From contig OZ242260.1 in assembly GCA_965207065.1 (NCBI GenBank), positions 640,001-704,000 on the forward strand: 64,000 bases of DNA, given 5' to 3'. The notes beneath the pieces are model-generated. The model ran no database searches, was not told the origin of the DNA, and was given only the letters and a program-made list of their open reading frames with translations. Shown piece after piece: positions 47,399-56,393 of the stretch (within the stretch, counting starts at the first letter, position 1; the number at the start of each line of letters is the position of its first letter). Position numbers and translations under genes: made by a program. Source of the stretch: a bacterium (GTDB lineage: Bacteria > UBA8248).

Positions 47399-48889
47399 AT
47401 GGACCTCCTGGTGGACGGCCTCATCCAGGCCCTGGCGTGGAAGCCTCTTCTGTTCGCCGTACTGGGAAGTTTTCTCGGCATCGTATTCGCGGCCATACCG
47501 GGCCTCACGGTGAGCATGGGCATCATCTTGCTGCTGCCTTTCACCTTCCACATGGCGAGCGTGACTTCCATGAGCCTTCTGGTGGGCGTATTCGTCGGCG
47601 GGATGACGGGGGGCAGCATCTCGTCCATTCTCCTCAACATCCCCGGCAACCCCGCCGCCATCGTCACGAGCCTGGACGGTCACCCCCTCGCCCGGCAGGG
47701 CCGGGCCGGGGTCGCGCTGGGCGTGGCTTTTTTCTCGAGTTTCCTGGGCGGGCTGTTCAGCCTCGTCTGCCTGATCACCATCGCCCCCCAGCTGGCGGAA
47801 TTCGCCCTGAACTTCGGCGCGCCCGAACTGGCGTCGCTGGTCCTGCTGGGTCTCTGCCTCATCTGCGGATTCGCGCAAACCTCGATGAGCAAGGCGCTCA
47901 TTTCGGGCCTGCTGGGCCTGAGTTTTTCCACCGTGGGCATGGACCCCATCGATTCCATACCGCGCTTCACGTTTTCCGTCGTACAGATTCAGCAGGGCGT
48001 CTCTTTCCTGCCGGTGATGATTGGACTTTTCGCGGTGCCCGAGATCATCTCCGGCATGCGCGGCTCCGTCGTCTCCCTGCCGGATTTCTCGACGCGCCTG
48101 CGCGACCTGCTGCCATCGCCGGGAACCTTGGCAGGCCTTTGGAAGACGCTCGCGCAATCCTCCCTCATCGGGACCACCATCGGACTCTTGCCGGGTACGG
48201 GAAGCGCCGTCGCCGCCTTGCTGAGCTACAACACGGCGCAGCGCCGCTCGCCGGAGCCCGAATCGTTCGGCACGGGAAAGCTCGAGGGCGTATCGGCACC
48301 CGAGGCCGCCAACAGCGCGATGACCGGCGGCGCGATGATCCCCATGCTCACGCTGGGAATCCCCGGCGACCCCGTCACCGCCGTCATGCTCGGCGCCCTC
48401 ACCATCCAGGGGCTCGCGCCGGGACCGCTTCTGTTCGAGAGCCACGGCGGTTTCGTGTTCTCGATATTCGGGTCCTTCTTTATCGCGCTTTTCCTGACCA
48501 TCGTCATCGCGCTTCTGGGCATACGCCTGTTCGTCCAGGTGCTGCGCGTGCCGCCCGGGCTGCTCTTCCCGAGCATCGCGGTGTTCTGCGTCATCGGCGC
48601 GTTCGCGCTCCAGAACAGCTTTTTCGACGTTTTCCTGATGATCGGCTTCGGGCTGCTCGGCTATTTCATGCAGAAGTTCGACTTTCCGATCATGCCCCTG
48701 CTGCTGGCGATCATCCTCGGGCCGGTGTTCGAGAAAAACGCGCGAATGTCGCTCATCCTCTCGGACGGCGACCCCGGCATTTTCTTCCGCAAGCCGATCA
48801 GCCTGGTGTTTCTGGCCCTGGCGCTCCTCTACCTCGTCAGCGTGTTTCTGAAGAGGACTTCATTTCTCAACAGGCGGGGGTCCGCCTGA
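47399..48889 (+). CDS. TctA permease
   Basis: AIPGL, ILLNIPG, DGHPL, PEAAN, LTLGIPGD; ATG 47399 directly follows tctB. Confidence 0.92.
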   Translation: MDLLVDGLIQALAWKPLLFAVLGSFLGIVFAAIPGLTVSMGIILLLPFTFHMASVTSMSLLVGVFVGGMTGGSISSILLNIPGNPAAIVTSLDGHPLARQGRAGVALGVAFFSSFLGGLFSLVCLITIAPQLAEFALNFGAPELASLVLLGLCLICGFAQTSMSKALISGLLGLSFSTVGMDPIDSIPRFTFSVVQIQQGVSFLPVMIGLFAVPEIISGMRGSVVSLPDFSTRLRDLLPSPGTLAGLWKTLAQSSLIGTTIGLLPGTGSAVAALLSYNTAQRRSPEPESFGTGKLEGVSAPEAANSAMTGGAMIPMLTLGIPGDPVTAVMLGALTIQGLAPGPLLFESHGGFVFSIFGSFFIALFLTIVIALLGIRLFVQVLRVPPGLLFPSIAVFCVIGAFALQNSFFDVFLMIGFGLLGYFMQKFDFPIMPLLLAIILGPVFEKNARMSLILSDGDPGIFFRKPISLVFLALALLYLVSVFLKRTSFLNRRGSA

Positions 48890-49428
48890 GCATCGCTTTA
48901 CGCGGATAACAGGATTCCGGAAGCGGACGATGCGGGATGGGAGGATGCCGGGGAACGCGGTTTGCGGCCGCGCAATTGCCCGCATTTTCGGCTACCGCGT
49001 TTTTCGGGGATGCGCGAGAATCTCCCCGGGAAAGGAGGCGTTCTCATGAGCACGGCCTGTATGAAAAAGGGAATACCGCGGTCCACTCCCGGACGAGGAA
49101 ACGGCGCCTTTCCATCCGGCCGGCAACTATTCTTTCACGAACCGGGAGTGCGCTTTCGCGCCCGGGGACGAACCGGAAAGAACGCGCCGTGAATTTCGAT
49201 ACAATACCGAACAATTCGGTAAATATCGATAAATTCACGGGGTTTTTCGATAAAATAAACGCGCCGGACATCATTGTAACACATTGTAATTCAACGGATA
49301 TCAGCATGAATCTTAGCGCGGACGACTCAAATATGACCGAAAAAATTTTCAGGCGCCGCATTTGCCCGCATTTGGGATGAAATGGGCGTGCCTCCCCGCA
49401 TATCCCCGCAACAGGGTTCAGTACCGCA

Positions 49429-50325
49429 TCACGGGTTAATCCTCGAAGGCAGGCCCCCCATCTCGCGCAGCACCTCGTAGAAGGCGACGGTGTCCTCTTC
49501 CGCATAGCCCTTCTCATAGGCCACCTGCATCACCTGGGACCAGAGGTTCGTCATCAGCATGGGCGAGCCGTGGAGCTGGCCCTGCTCCAGCATGAGGCGC
49601 GAATCCTTGAGGGAGGTCTTCACCTGGCCCTGTTTCGAGTAATCCGCGTGGATCATCTTGGGGCCCTTGTCGATCATGGTCTTGGAGGAACACGCACCGT
49701 CTTTCAGCACTTCCAAAAGGGTGTCCATCTCGAGGCCCACCTTCGTGCCCAGCATAAGCCCCTCCGCCAGGGCGAGCCGGTTGCCCGCCAGGATCATGTT
49801 GATGACGAGCTTCGTCCGCGCGCCCGACCCCACCGGACCCATATGGTAGGCCGCCCGGCTGAAGCCGGCGAAGACGGCGCGGCAGGCGTCGAAATCCTCC
49901 GCCTCACCGCCTGCGATGACCACGAGATCCTTCGCGGCCGCCATCGTGCTCGTCCCGCTCACGGCGGAATCGAGAAAGCGGATTCCCCGCCCGGCCAAAT
50001 CGCCGGAGAGGCGAACCGAGTCCTCAGGACGCGAGGTCGTCGTATCGAGAAGGTAAAGGCCCTCTTTCGCGCCCTCGGCGATGCCGCCGGTACCCAGAGT
50101 CGCCTCGCGCGCGACGTCGCTGGTGGGCAGGGAGGTGATGACGAAATTCACGCCCCTGGCGGCTTCAGCCGGCGTCTCGACGGGCTGTCCGCCTTTTTCG
50201 CGTAAATCGTCCATGCGCGGCGGGTCCACGTCGAAGCCCTGCACCTCGAAGCCCGTCTCTCGCATGTTCTTGATGAAGGCCTGGCCCATCAGCCCCATGC
50301 CCACGATACCCACACGTTGCGACAT
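49429..50325 (-). CDS. beta-hydroxyacid dehydrogenase (3-hydroxyisobutyrate DH family)
   Basis: GMGLMG, LDSAVSG, GSGARTKLVIN, LKD. Confidence 0.88.
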   Translation of the reverse strand: MSQRVGIVGMGLMGQAFIKNMRETGFEVQGFDVDPPRMDDLREKGGQPVETPAEAARGVNFVITSLPTSDVAREATLGTGGIAEGAKEGLYLLDTTTSRPEDSVRLSGDLAGRGIRFLDSAVSGTSTMAAAKDLVVIAGGEAEDFDACRAVFAGFSRAAYHMGPVGSGARTKLVINMILAGNRLALAEGLMLGTKVGLEMDTLLEVLKDGACSSKTMIDKGPKMIHADYSKQGQVKTSLKDSRLMLEQGQLHGSPMLMTNLWSQVMQVAYEKGYAEEDTVAFYEVLREMGGLPSRINP

Positions 50326-50442
50326 TCTCGTTTCTCCTTTGGTGGTGATGAATTTCGCTCCCTTTTAGTGCTTTCGCGCTGCGAGAACAAGCGTCACAAC
50401 TCCCGCAGGGCAACTTGTGCGAGCGAAACCCCTTATGGCGCT

Positions 50443-50471
50443 TTCAGAAGCATCCCCAGCCGTTGTATTCT
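50443..50471 (+). promoter_or_regulatory. possible sigma70 promoter of selC
   Basis: TTCAGA-17 nt-TATTCT just upstream of the tRNA. Confidence 0.35.
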
Positions 50472-50477
50472 CTCGTT

Positions 50478-50574
50478 GGGAGCGCATCGGTGCTGGTGTG
50501 CCGCCTGGACTTCAAATCCAGTGGACGGGGCTAATCACTTCGTCGGTGGGTTCGACTCCCACGCGTTCCCGCCA
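50478..50574 (+). tRNA. selC: tRNA-Sec (UCA)
   Basis: 8-bp acceptor GGGAGCGC/GCGTTCCC plus GCCA end; anticodon arm ctggac-TTCAAA-tccag; long variable arm; T-loop GGTTCGACTCC; 97 nt. Confidence 0.95.
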
Positions 50575-50592
50575 TTTTCACGCCCTGTAACA

Positions 50593-51336
50593 TCACACGA
50601 TGGTCAAACCGCCATCCAATACCAGAATCTGGCCCGTCATGTAGGACGAGCGGGGCGTCACCAGATACTCCATCGCGTCGAGCACCTCATCGACGCGGCC
50701 GAACCTGCCCATGGGGGATTTGCGGTAGCGCTCCGCCATGTTCTCGGGGTCGCCGTCTCCCTGTCCTTCTCTGAGCTTCGTGAGCACCGGACCCGCCGCG
50801 ATGGCGTTCACACGGATGTTCGAATCCGCGAGTTCGACGGCCAGCGCGCGCGTGAGGCCCTCGACGCCACCCTTTACGGCGACGTATACCACGCGCTCCT
50901 TGGCCGGCGTGTGCGCGTAGAAGCTCGACATGTTGACGATGGCGCCGCCACCGCGTTTTCTCATCTCCTCCGCCGCGCGCTTCGCGCACAGGATGTTGCC
51001 CTTGAGCCCCACGGCCAGCGCAAGGTCGACCGTGGCTTCCTCAACCTCCGCCAGAGGGCCGTTCCCCCGAATCACGGCGCAGTTGATGAGAATGTCCACG
51101 CCGCCGAATCTCGCCACCGCCGCGTCGAAAGCGCTTTCGACACCCTTTTCATTCGAGATGTCCGCACGCACGCCGAGGATGGAGCCATCCGCTTCGGTTT
51201 CCAGCCTGCGCAGGCCGTCTTCATCCACGTCCAGGGCCGCCACTTTCGCGCCCATGCCCGAAAAACGCCGCGCGGCGTCCGCGCCGATCCCCCGGGCCGC
51301 GCCCGTGATGACGAATATTTTCCCCTTTAGCTCCAT
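50593..51336 (-). CDS. SDR family oxidoreductase
   Basis: TGAARGIG, NMSS, YVAVK, IRVNAI, LDGG; start at MELKGK (51336). Confidence 0.88.
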   Translation of the reverse strand: MELKGKIFVITGAARGIGADAARRFSGMGAKVAALDVDEDGLRRLETEADGSILGVRADISNEKGVESAFDAAVARFGGVDILINCAVIRGNGPLAEVEEATVDLALAVGLKGNILCAKRAAEEMRKRGGGAIVNMSSFYAHTPAKERVVYVAVKGGVEGLTRALAVELADSNIRVNAIAAGPVLTKLREGQGDGDPENMAERYRKSPMGRFGRVDEVLDAMEYLVTPRSSYMTGQILVLDGGLTIV

Positions 51337-51385
51337 GATGAATTTTCCGCGCTGTTCTGCCCGAAAAAGAGCGAAAAAATCATGG

Positions 51386-52396
51386 TCAAAGCGCCACCTT
51401 TCCTTCACTCCCGGATATATCGAGCTGCGTACCCAGCTTTTCCGAAAGGGTTTTGAGAGCACCCAGAATTTCCGCCGATTTTGGCTCCTCAGGTCCCGGA
51501 ATCCGAGGGCTGCCGTCCTCTTCTATCAAAACGGGCGCTATCGTTACCCGGCTGAGCGCTCCGCCTTTGAGGTTCAACTTCAGACAAATCGACTCGCGCG
51601 CCGTGGGCAGGAACATCGGGTGGTCATGATCGAGGACAAAATTACCCAAGGCGTAAAAAATTGGCCGCCCGTGATACACCTCGACACCTTGCAGGATGTG
51701 GGGATGGTGGCCGACGACAACGTCCACACCGGATTCGACCGCCGCATGCGCCACCGCCTGCTGGGAAAGCGTGAGTGTGCGGCTCTGGCTCGCGCCCCAG
51801 TGGAACGAGGCCATAAGAAAATCGACCCTCGGCCGCGTGCGCTCGATGTCGGCGATCATCGCATCTAAATCCTCTTCGTTGACATATGGAGGACCATAAA
51901 GCGCATCCTGACGTATGGGCGCGACGCCCGGCTTTTTAGGGCCTGCCCCCCAGCCCAGGGGGAGTTCCAGCACATAAGATAAAAAACCGTATCGCACGCC
52001 TTCTTGTTCGAGAACGGCGGGCGTTCGCGCTTCTTGAATGTTCCGGCCCGCTCCCGAATATGCGATTCCGTTTCGCTCAAGCAGTTCCATCGTCTCGACG
52101 AACGGCTCGACCCCGTAGTCCATGCAATGATTGCTGGCAAACGCCAAGACGTCGAAGCCGCCTTCGAGATAGCCCTGAATCATCTCCGGGTCGTGGCGCA
52201 TCACGATCTTTCCTGTCGCGGGCGCGCCTATATGGGACATCGAGGCTTCGAGGCCGCCGAAGCGCAAGTCGGCCGCATCCAGATAAGAGGCAACTTTGGA
52301 GAAAGTTTTTTTTGGCTCGGGGCGGTCGATTTCCATATCGCCCACCACGACGAGCGTGGATTCTTTGACCTGAACATCTCCCGCTTCACCCGGCAA
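51386..52396 (-). CDS. CapA family protein (third paralog)
   Basis: VGD, LE, SNHCMDYG, HWG, GHHPH, YALGNF. Confidence 0.88.
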   Translation of the reverse strand: MPGEAGDVQVKESTLVVVGDMEIDRPEPKKTFSKVASYLDAADLRFGGLEASMSHIGAPATGKIVMRHDPEMIQGYLEGGFDVLAFASNHCMDYGVEPFVETMELLERNGIAYSGAGRNIQEARTPAVLEQEGVRYGFLSYVLELPLGWGAGPKKPGVAPIRQDALYGPPYVNEEDLDAMIADIERTRPRVDFLMASFHWGASQSRTLTLSQQAVAHAAVESGVDVVVGHHPHILQGVEVYHGRPIFYALGNFVLDHDHPMFLPTARESICLKLNLKGGALSRVTIAPVLIEEDGSPRIPGPEEPKSAEILGALKTLSEKLGTQLDISGSEGKVAL

Positions 52397-52463
52397 GGCT
52401 CACCCCCGTTGCTGATTTACTTCTCTCGCTCCTCATCCATTCAGAAAGAGCGCGTGAGATACC

Positions 52464-53375
52464 CTATTTCTTGTTTTCCCGCTCCAGATAGGAGAGATAC
52501 ACCGCCGCGCTGTCCAATTCTCCATTGCCTGCACGCGCGCCTTCCCTGTACAGCGGCGCGCATGCGTTGCCTACCGGCGTCACAGCGCCGTTTCTCCTGG
52601 CGAGCCTGAGGCCAAGCCCGATGTCCTTCCGTATGACGTTCAAGGTGCTCCGGGGACGGCTATACCGGCCCCGCACCATGATGCCGCCGTGGCCATGGAA
52701 CCCGCTTGAGTCGCCCGCGCGGCTTCTCTTGAGCGTGTCGAACAGAAAATCTTTCCCGAATCCGCTGCGCATCCCCAGCCGCAGGCCCTCGGCGATGACG
52801 CAGCGCCCCATGGATGTCATGTAGTTCACGACCACTTTCATTGCGGCCCCGGAGCCGGAAGGTCCGCAATGAACCTGATCGGATAGCATCGTCTCCAAAA
52901 GCGGCGCCACCTTCTCGTAGGCTTTCCTGTTCCCGCCCACGAGAAACAAGCCTTCCCGATTCGTCACATGGTCGCTGTTGCCGCTTACGCTGGCGTCCAG
53001 GTAGGTAATTCTTTTCTTCCGGCACAGTTCGGCGTGTTTTTTCGAATCCTCCGGGTCCGACGTCGTCGTGTCGAGCACGACTTCTGGCGCCAGTTCGGGC
53101 GAGAAGGCCAGATACCCATTTTTCCCACGTGCGGTCTGAAGGGATATCTTGGAATTGGGAACGGAGATGAACACCACCTCGGCGGCTTCGGCCACGTCTC
53201 GGGGCGATTCCAAGGCCTCTCCCCCCAGGCGCTTGAACTTCCGCCTCGCCCCCGCCAGCACATCGGTTCCCACGAGGCGATGGCCGTCTGCTATGAGGTT
53301 TTTGGAAAACGCCTGGCCCATGAGGCCCAGGCCGATGAAGCCGATGGTTCTTTTCGTACTCTTCTTTTTTGGCAT
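52464..53375 (-). CDS. beta-hydroxyacid dehydrogenase family protein
   Basis: GLGLMG, LDASVSG, GSGAAMKVVVN, KDI. Confidence 0.85.
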   Translation of the reverse strand: MPKKKSTKRTIGFIGLGLMGQAFSKNLIADGHRLVGTDVLAGARRKFKRLGGEALESPRDVAEAAEVVFISVPNSKISLQTARGKNGYLAFSPELAPEVVLDTTTSDPEDSKKHAELCRKKRITYLDASVSGNSDHVTNREGLFLVGGNRKAYEKVAPLLETMLSDQVHCGPSGSGAAMKVVVNYMTSMGRCVIAEGLRLGMRSGFGKDFLFDTLKRSRAGDSSGFHGHGGIMVRGRYSRPRSTLNVIRKDIGLGLRLARRNGAVTPVGNACAPLYREGARAGNGELDSAAVYLSYLERENKK

Positions 53376-53432
53376 CTTGCCCCTCCCATCCAGCGATAGT
53401 TTGGAAAAGCGCGCAGCACGAGACGCGAGGGA

Positions 53433-54176
53433 CTACTCGCTTACGAGTTCCACTCTGTATCGGTGCTGATCTCCGCGGTAATAAATCTGGGAAAATTCGA
53501 CGGGTTCCCCGCTTTTACTGTGGACGAAGGTTTCCACATACAAGACCGGCGCCAGGACGCCGATGGAAAGATGGTCCGCGACATCACTATCCGCGACACG
53601 GGCTTCGAGCGTCTGGTGTATTTTGCCCAACGGAATTTGCAGTCGATTTTTCAGGATGTGGAGCATGCTACGAGTGCGGATATCCTCATGCGGAATGTCT
53701 TTTGCCAGCTTTTGCGGCAGATAATTCATCACGTAGCAAAGGGGGGTTTCCTCCGCCATCCTCAGGCGCTGGACCCTGGTCAGACTTTCCCCATCATCTG
53801 AGCCGAAAAATTCTTGTAACCGAGACGAAGCGTCCATTTCCTCTATCGAAATGACCCGTATATCCCCGCCAACGGCGTCTTCCTCCCATACGGCGCCGGT
53901 GAGTTGAATCATCTTCGATTTCACGCCACCGCGGTTGACGAAAGTGCCTTTGCGGCGCTCACGCGTCACCAGCCCTTCTTTCTCCAATATGGCGAGGGCC
54001 TGACGCAGAGTGACCCGGCTGACGCCGAAATGCTTCGAAAGATCCAACTCCTTGGGGAGCTTCATACCCGCTATCAGTTCCCCGCTCTCTATTTTACCGC
54101 GCAAGAGATTGGCGATTTGGTAGTAATAGGGGATGAATTCGTTCGAAAATGGTTTTTCTGCGAACAGTTCCCGCAT
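53433..54176 (-). CDS. GntR (HutC/UTRA) transcriptional regulator
   Basis: PYYYQI, LPKE..L..FGVSRVTLRQA, GTFV, UTRA-like C-terminus. Confidence 0.92.
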   Translation of the reverse strand: MRELFAEKPFSNEFIPYYYQIANLLRGKIESGELIAGMKLPKELDLSKHFGVSRVTLRQALAILEKEGLVTRERRKGTFVNRGGVKSKMIQLTGAVWEEDAVGGDIRVISIEEMDASSRLQEFFGSDDGESLTRVQRLRMAEETPLCYVMNYLPQKLAKDIPHEDIRTRSMLHILKNRLQIPLGKIHQTLEARVADSDVADHLSIGVLAPVLYVETFVHSKSGEPVEFSQIYYRGDQHRYRVELVSE

Positions 54177-54298
54177 ACTTTCCTCGCTTTCCGCGTCCTA
54201 TTAAACTGACGGGCTTCGGGCCCCAAGCAAGGCGCAAGTTTCACATATTGCAACTTCGTTGAAAATGGCTCTCTTTCTAAAATAACACTTGCGGTCAT

Positions 54299-54324
54299 TA
54301 ATGGTATTAAATATAATACCATTA
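54299..54324. promoter_or_regulatory. putative GntR operator in divergent promoter region
   Basis: Perfect 11-bp inverted repeat TAATGGTATTA-aata-TAATACCATTA. Confidence 0.65.
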
Positions 54325-54432
54325 TTCAAGATTTAATTGACTCTTTTTTACGTCAAGGTTCCAGGGGCGAGAATTGTTTTCTTTGGTCGCAAAAGTTCAT
54401 AATTATTCGTTCACGCTTTGGATGAGTGGCGC

Positions 54433-55185
54433 ATGAAACTGAAAGAACGCACCGCGCTCGTCACCGGCGCAACGCGCGGCATCGGCAAAGCCATCGCCCA
54501 GACATTGGCGCGCGAAGGCGCCGCCGTCGCCGTGCATTACCACGCAGGTGAGGCGGCGGCGCAAGAAATAGTGAGCGGAATTAGAGAAGGAGGCGGCAGC
54601 GCCTTCAGCGTCCAGGCCGACGTGAGCCGGCATGACGAGGTGGAGCGCATGTTCGAAAAATGCGGGCAGGAGATGGGGCGCGTCGACATCCTCGTCAACA
54701 ACGCGCGCAGGCTCGTGAAGGGCAGAGCTTTTATGGAGATGAGCTGGGAGGAAGATTACGAGCCCCAGATTCAGGTGATGCTCAAAGGCGCGTTCCATTG
54801 CTGCCAAGCGGCGCTGCCGGGTATGCGGGAGAGGGGCTGGGGCCGTATCGTGAATGTGCTGTCCACCGTCCTAGGCGAGAAACGCGCGCGAACGAATTCC
54901 TACGGGTCCGTCAAATCCGCTCTCTTGTATTTCTCGCAAAACCTGGCCGTGGAAATGGGCCCCAGCGGCATCACGGTCAACATGGTTTCCCCCGGCCTCA
55001 CCGAAACGGAGCGGCCCATCCTACATTCGGATGATTATCAACGAGAATATATCGACACCATTCCGATGAAGCGCCTGGGGCGCTCCGAAGACGTCTCGGG
55101 CGCCGTGGTGTTTTTCTGCAGCGATGAAGCCGCCTATGTGACGGGCGTGAACATGGCCGTCTCGGGCGGTAAAGTGATCTTTTAA
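54433..55185 (+). CDS. SDR family oxidoreductase (FabG-like)
   Basis: TGATRGIG, ILVNNA, YGSVK, ITVNMVSPG. Confidence 0.88.
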   Translation: MKLKERTALVTGATRGIGKAIAQTLAREGAAVAVHYHAGEAAAQEIVSGIREGGGSAFSVQADVSRHDEVERMFEKCGQEMGRVDILVNNARRLVKGRAFMEMSWEEDYEPQIQVMLKGAFHCCQAALPGMRERGWGRIVNVLSTVLGEKRARTNSYGSVKSALLYFSQNLAVEMGPSGITVNMVSPGLTETERPILHSDDYQREYIDTIPMKRLGRSEDVSGAVVFFCSDEAAYVTGVNMAVSGGKVIF

Positions 55186-55212
55186 CGGTGCGCAACACGA
55201 AGGAGAGGAAAG

Positions 55213-56355
55213 TTGGGACTATCGACCAAAGAACGTGACCGCCGCCATGCGAATCTAAGAGCGGCCATGGAGCGCGAGGGTCTGGATATCCTCGTCGTCT
55301 ACGGCAACAGCGGCCGCCAGGGACCGCGTACGGGGAATCTCGCCTACGTCAGCAATTTTATCTCGTTCTCCGGCCAGCAGATACTGGTCTTCCCGCGCGA
55401 GGGGGAACCCGTCCTGTTCGTAGGGGTGGAGAACCAGCGAATCGAATCCCTGCGAAACGGATGGATCGCCGACACACGCTGCGAGGCCATGACGCCCGTT
55501 CCGAAGCAGGCATGCAACCATCTGAGCGAAATCGCCGGTTCGAATACGAGAATCGGCATCTCCTCGCTCGCCATCATGCCCGTCGCCTGGCACCAGCAGC
55601 TTCAGGACCAGGTGAGCGCGAAAGAATGGGTGGAGGCGGGCGAACTCGTCTGGAAGCTGCGCCTGGTGCAAAGCGAAGAGGAAATCGCCATGTCGCGCCA
55701 CGCGGCCCAACTTGGTGATAAGGTGTGGAATCATCTCTGCGGTTTCATTCGTGAAGGGGTGACCGAGCTCGACATGCGCGCCGAGATGGACCGGGTAATC
55801 ATCCCCGAGGGCGGGACGGAGAACTTCAACATGATGGGCCTGGCGAGCATGGCCGGCGGCGGCGAAGCGCCCTGGGGCTACGTCATCCCCCAGACGGATC
55901 GGCCCATCAAGAACGGCGACGCCGTTTTGCTGGAAATTTCCCCGCGCGTTAAGGGATACTGGAATCAAATCGTACGGGTTCTGGCGCTGGGCGAGGCGGA
56001 AAAATGGCTGGTCGACGCCCACCAGGTCGTGCGAGAGGCGCGCGACGCCTCGCTGGAGCATCTTGGGCCGGGTAAGCCGATGGTCGGCATGGTCACGGCG
56101 ATGAACGACGTGTTCGAGAAACACGGCTACGAGGTGTGGCCCTACGGGCTGGTGCATCTCACGGGCCTCGACCTCACGGATTACATGATCACGCCGGTGT
56201 CCGAGGGAGACCTTGAACCCGGAATGGTGGTGACAACGCATCCCATGTTCAACCTGGGACCCGACCGCCAGATTTTCTGGGGTGAAACCTATCTGGTGAC
56301 GGATGATGGCTATGAACCACTGAACACGAGTACGGATGAATTGGTTTGTCTCTAA
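55213..56355 (+). CDS. M24 (creatinase/prolidase) fold protein with altered metal site
   Basis: Creatinase-like N-domain, SEEEI, LLEI..GYWNQ, HLTG, PGMVVTTHP, GETYLVT. Confidence 0.8.
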   Translation: MGLSTKERDRRHANLRAAMEREGLDILVVYGNSGRQGPRTGNLAYVSNFISFSGQQILVFPREGEPVLFVGVENQRIESLRNGWIADTRCEAMTPVPKQACNHLSEIAGSNTRIGISSLAIMPVAWHQQLQDQVSAKEWVEAGELVWKLRLVQSEEEIAMSRHAAQLGDKVWNHLCGFIREGVTELDMRAEMDRVIIPEGGTENFNMMGLASMAGGGEAPWGYVIPQTDRPIKNGDAVLLEISPRVKGYWNQIVRVLALGEAEKWLVDAHQVVREARDASLEHLGPGKPMVGMVTAMNDVFEKHGYEVWPYGLVHLTGLDLTDYMITPVSEGDLEPGMVVTTHPMFNLGPDRQIFWGETYLVTDDGYEPLNTSTDELVCL

Positions 56356-56393
56356 CGGCTTGGTTGATTCTTATTTAAAAGGAGGAACACGAG

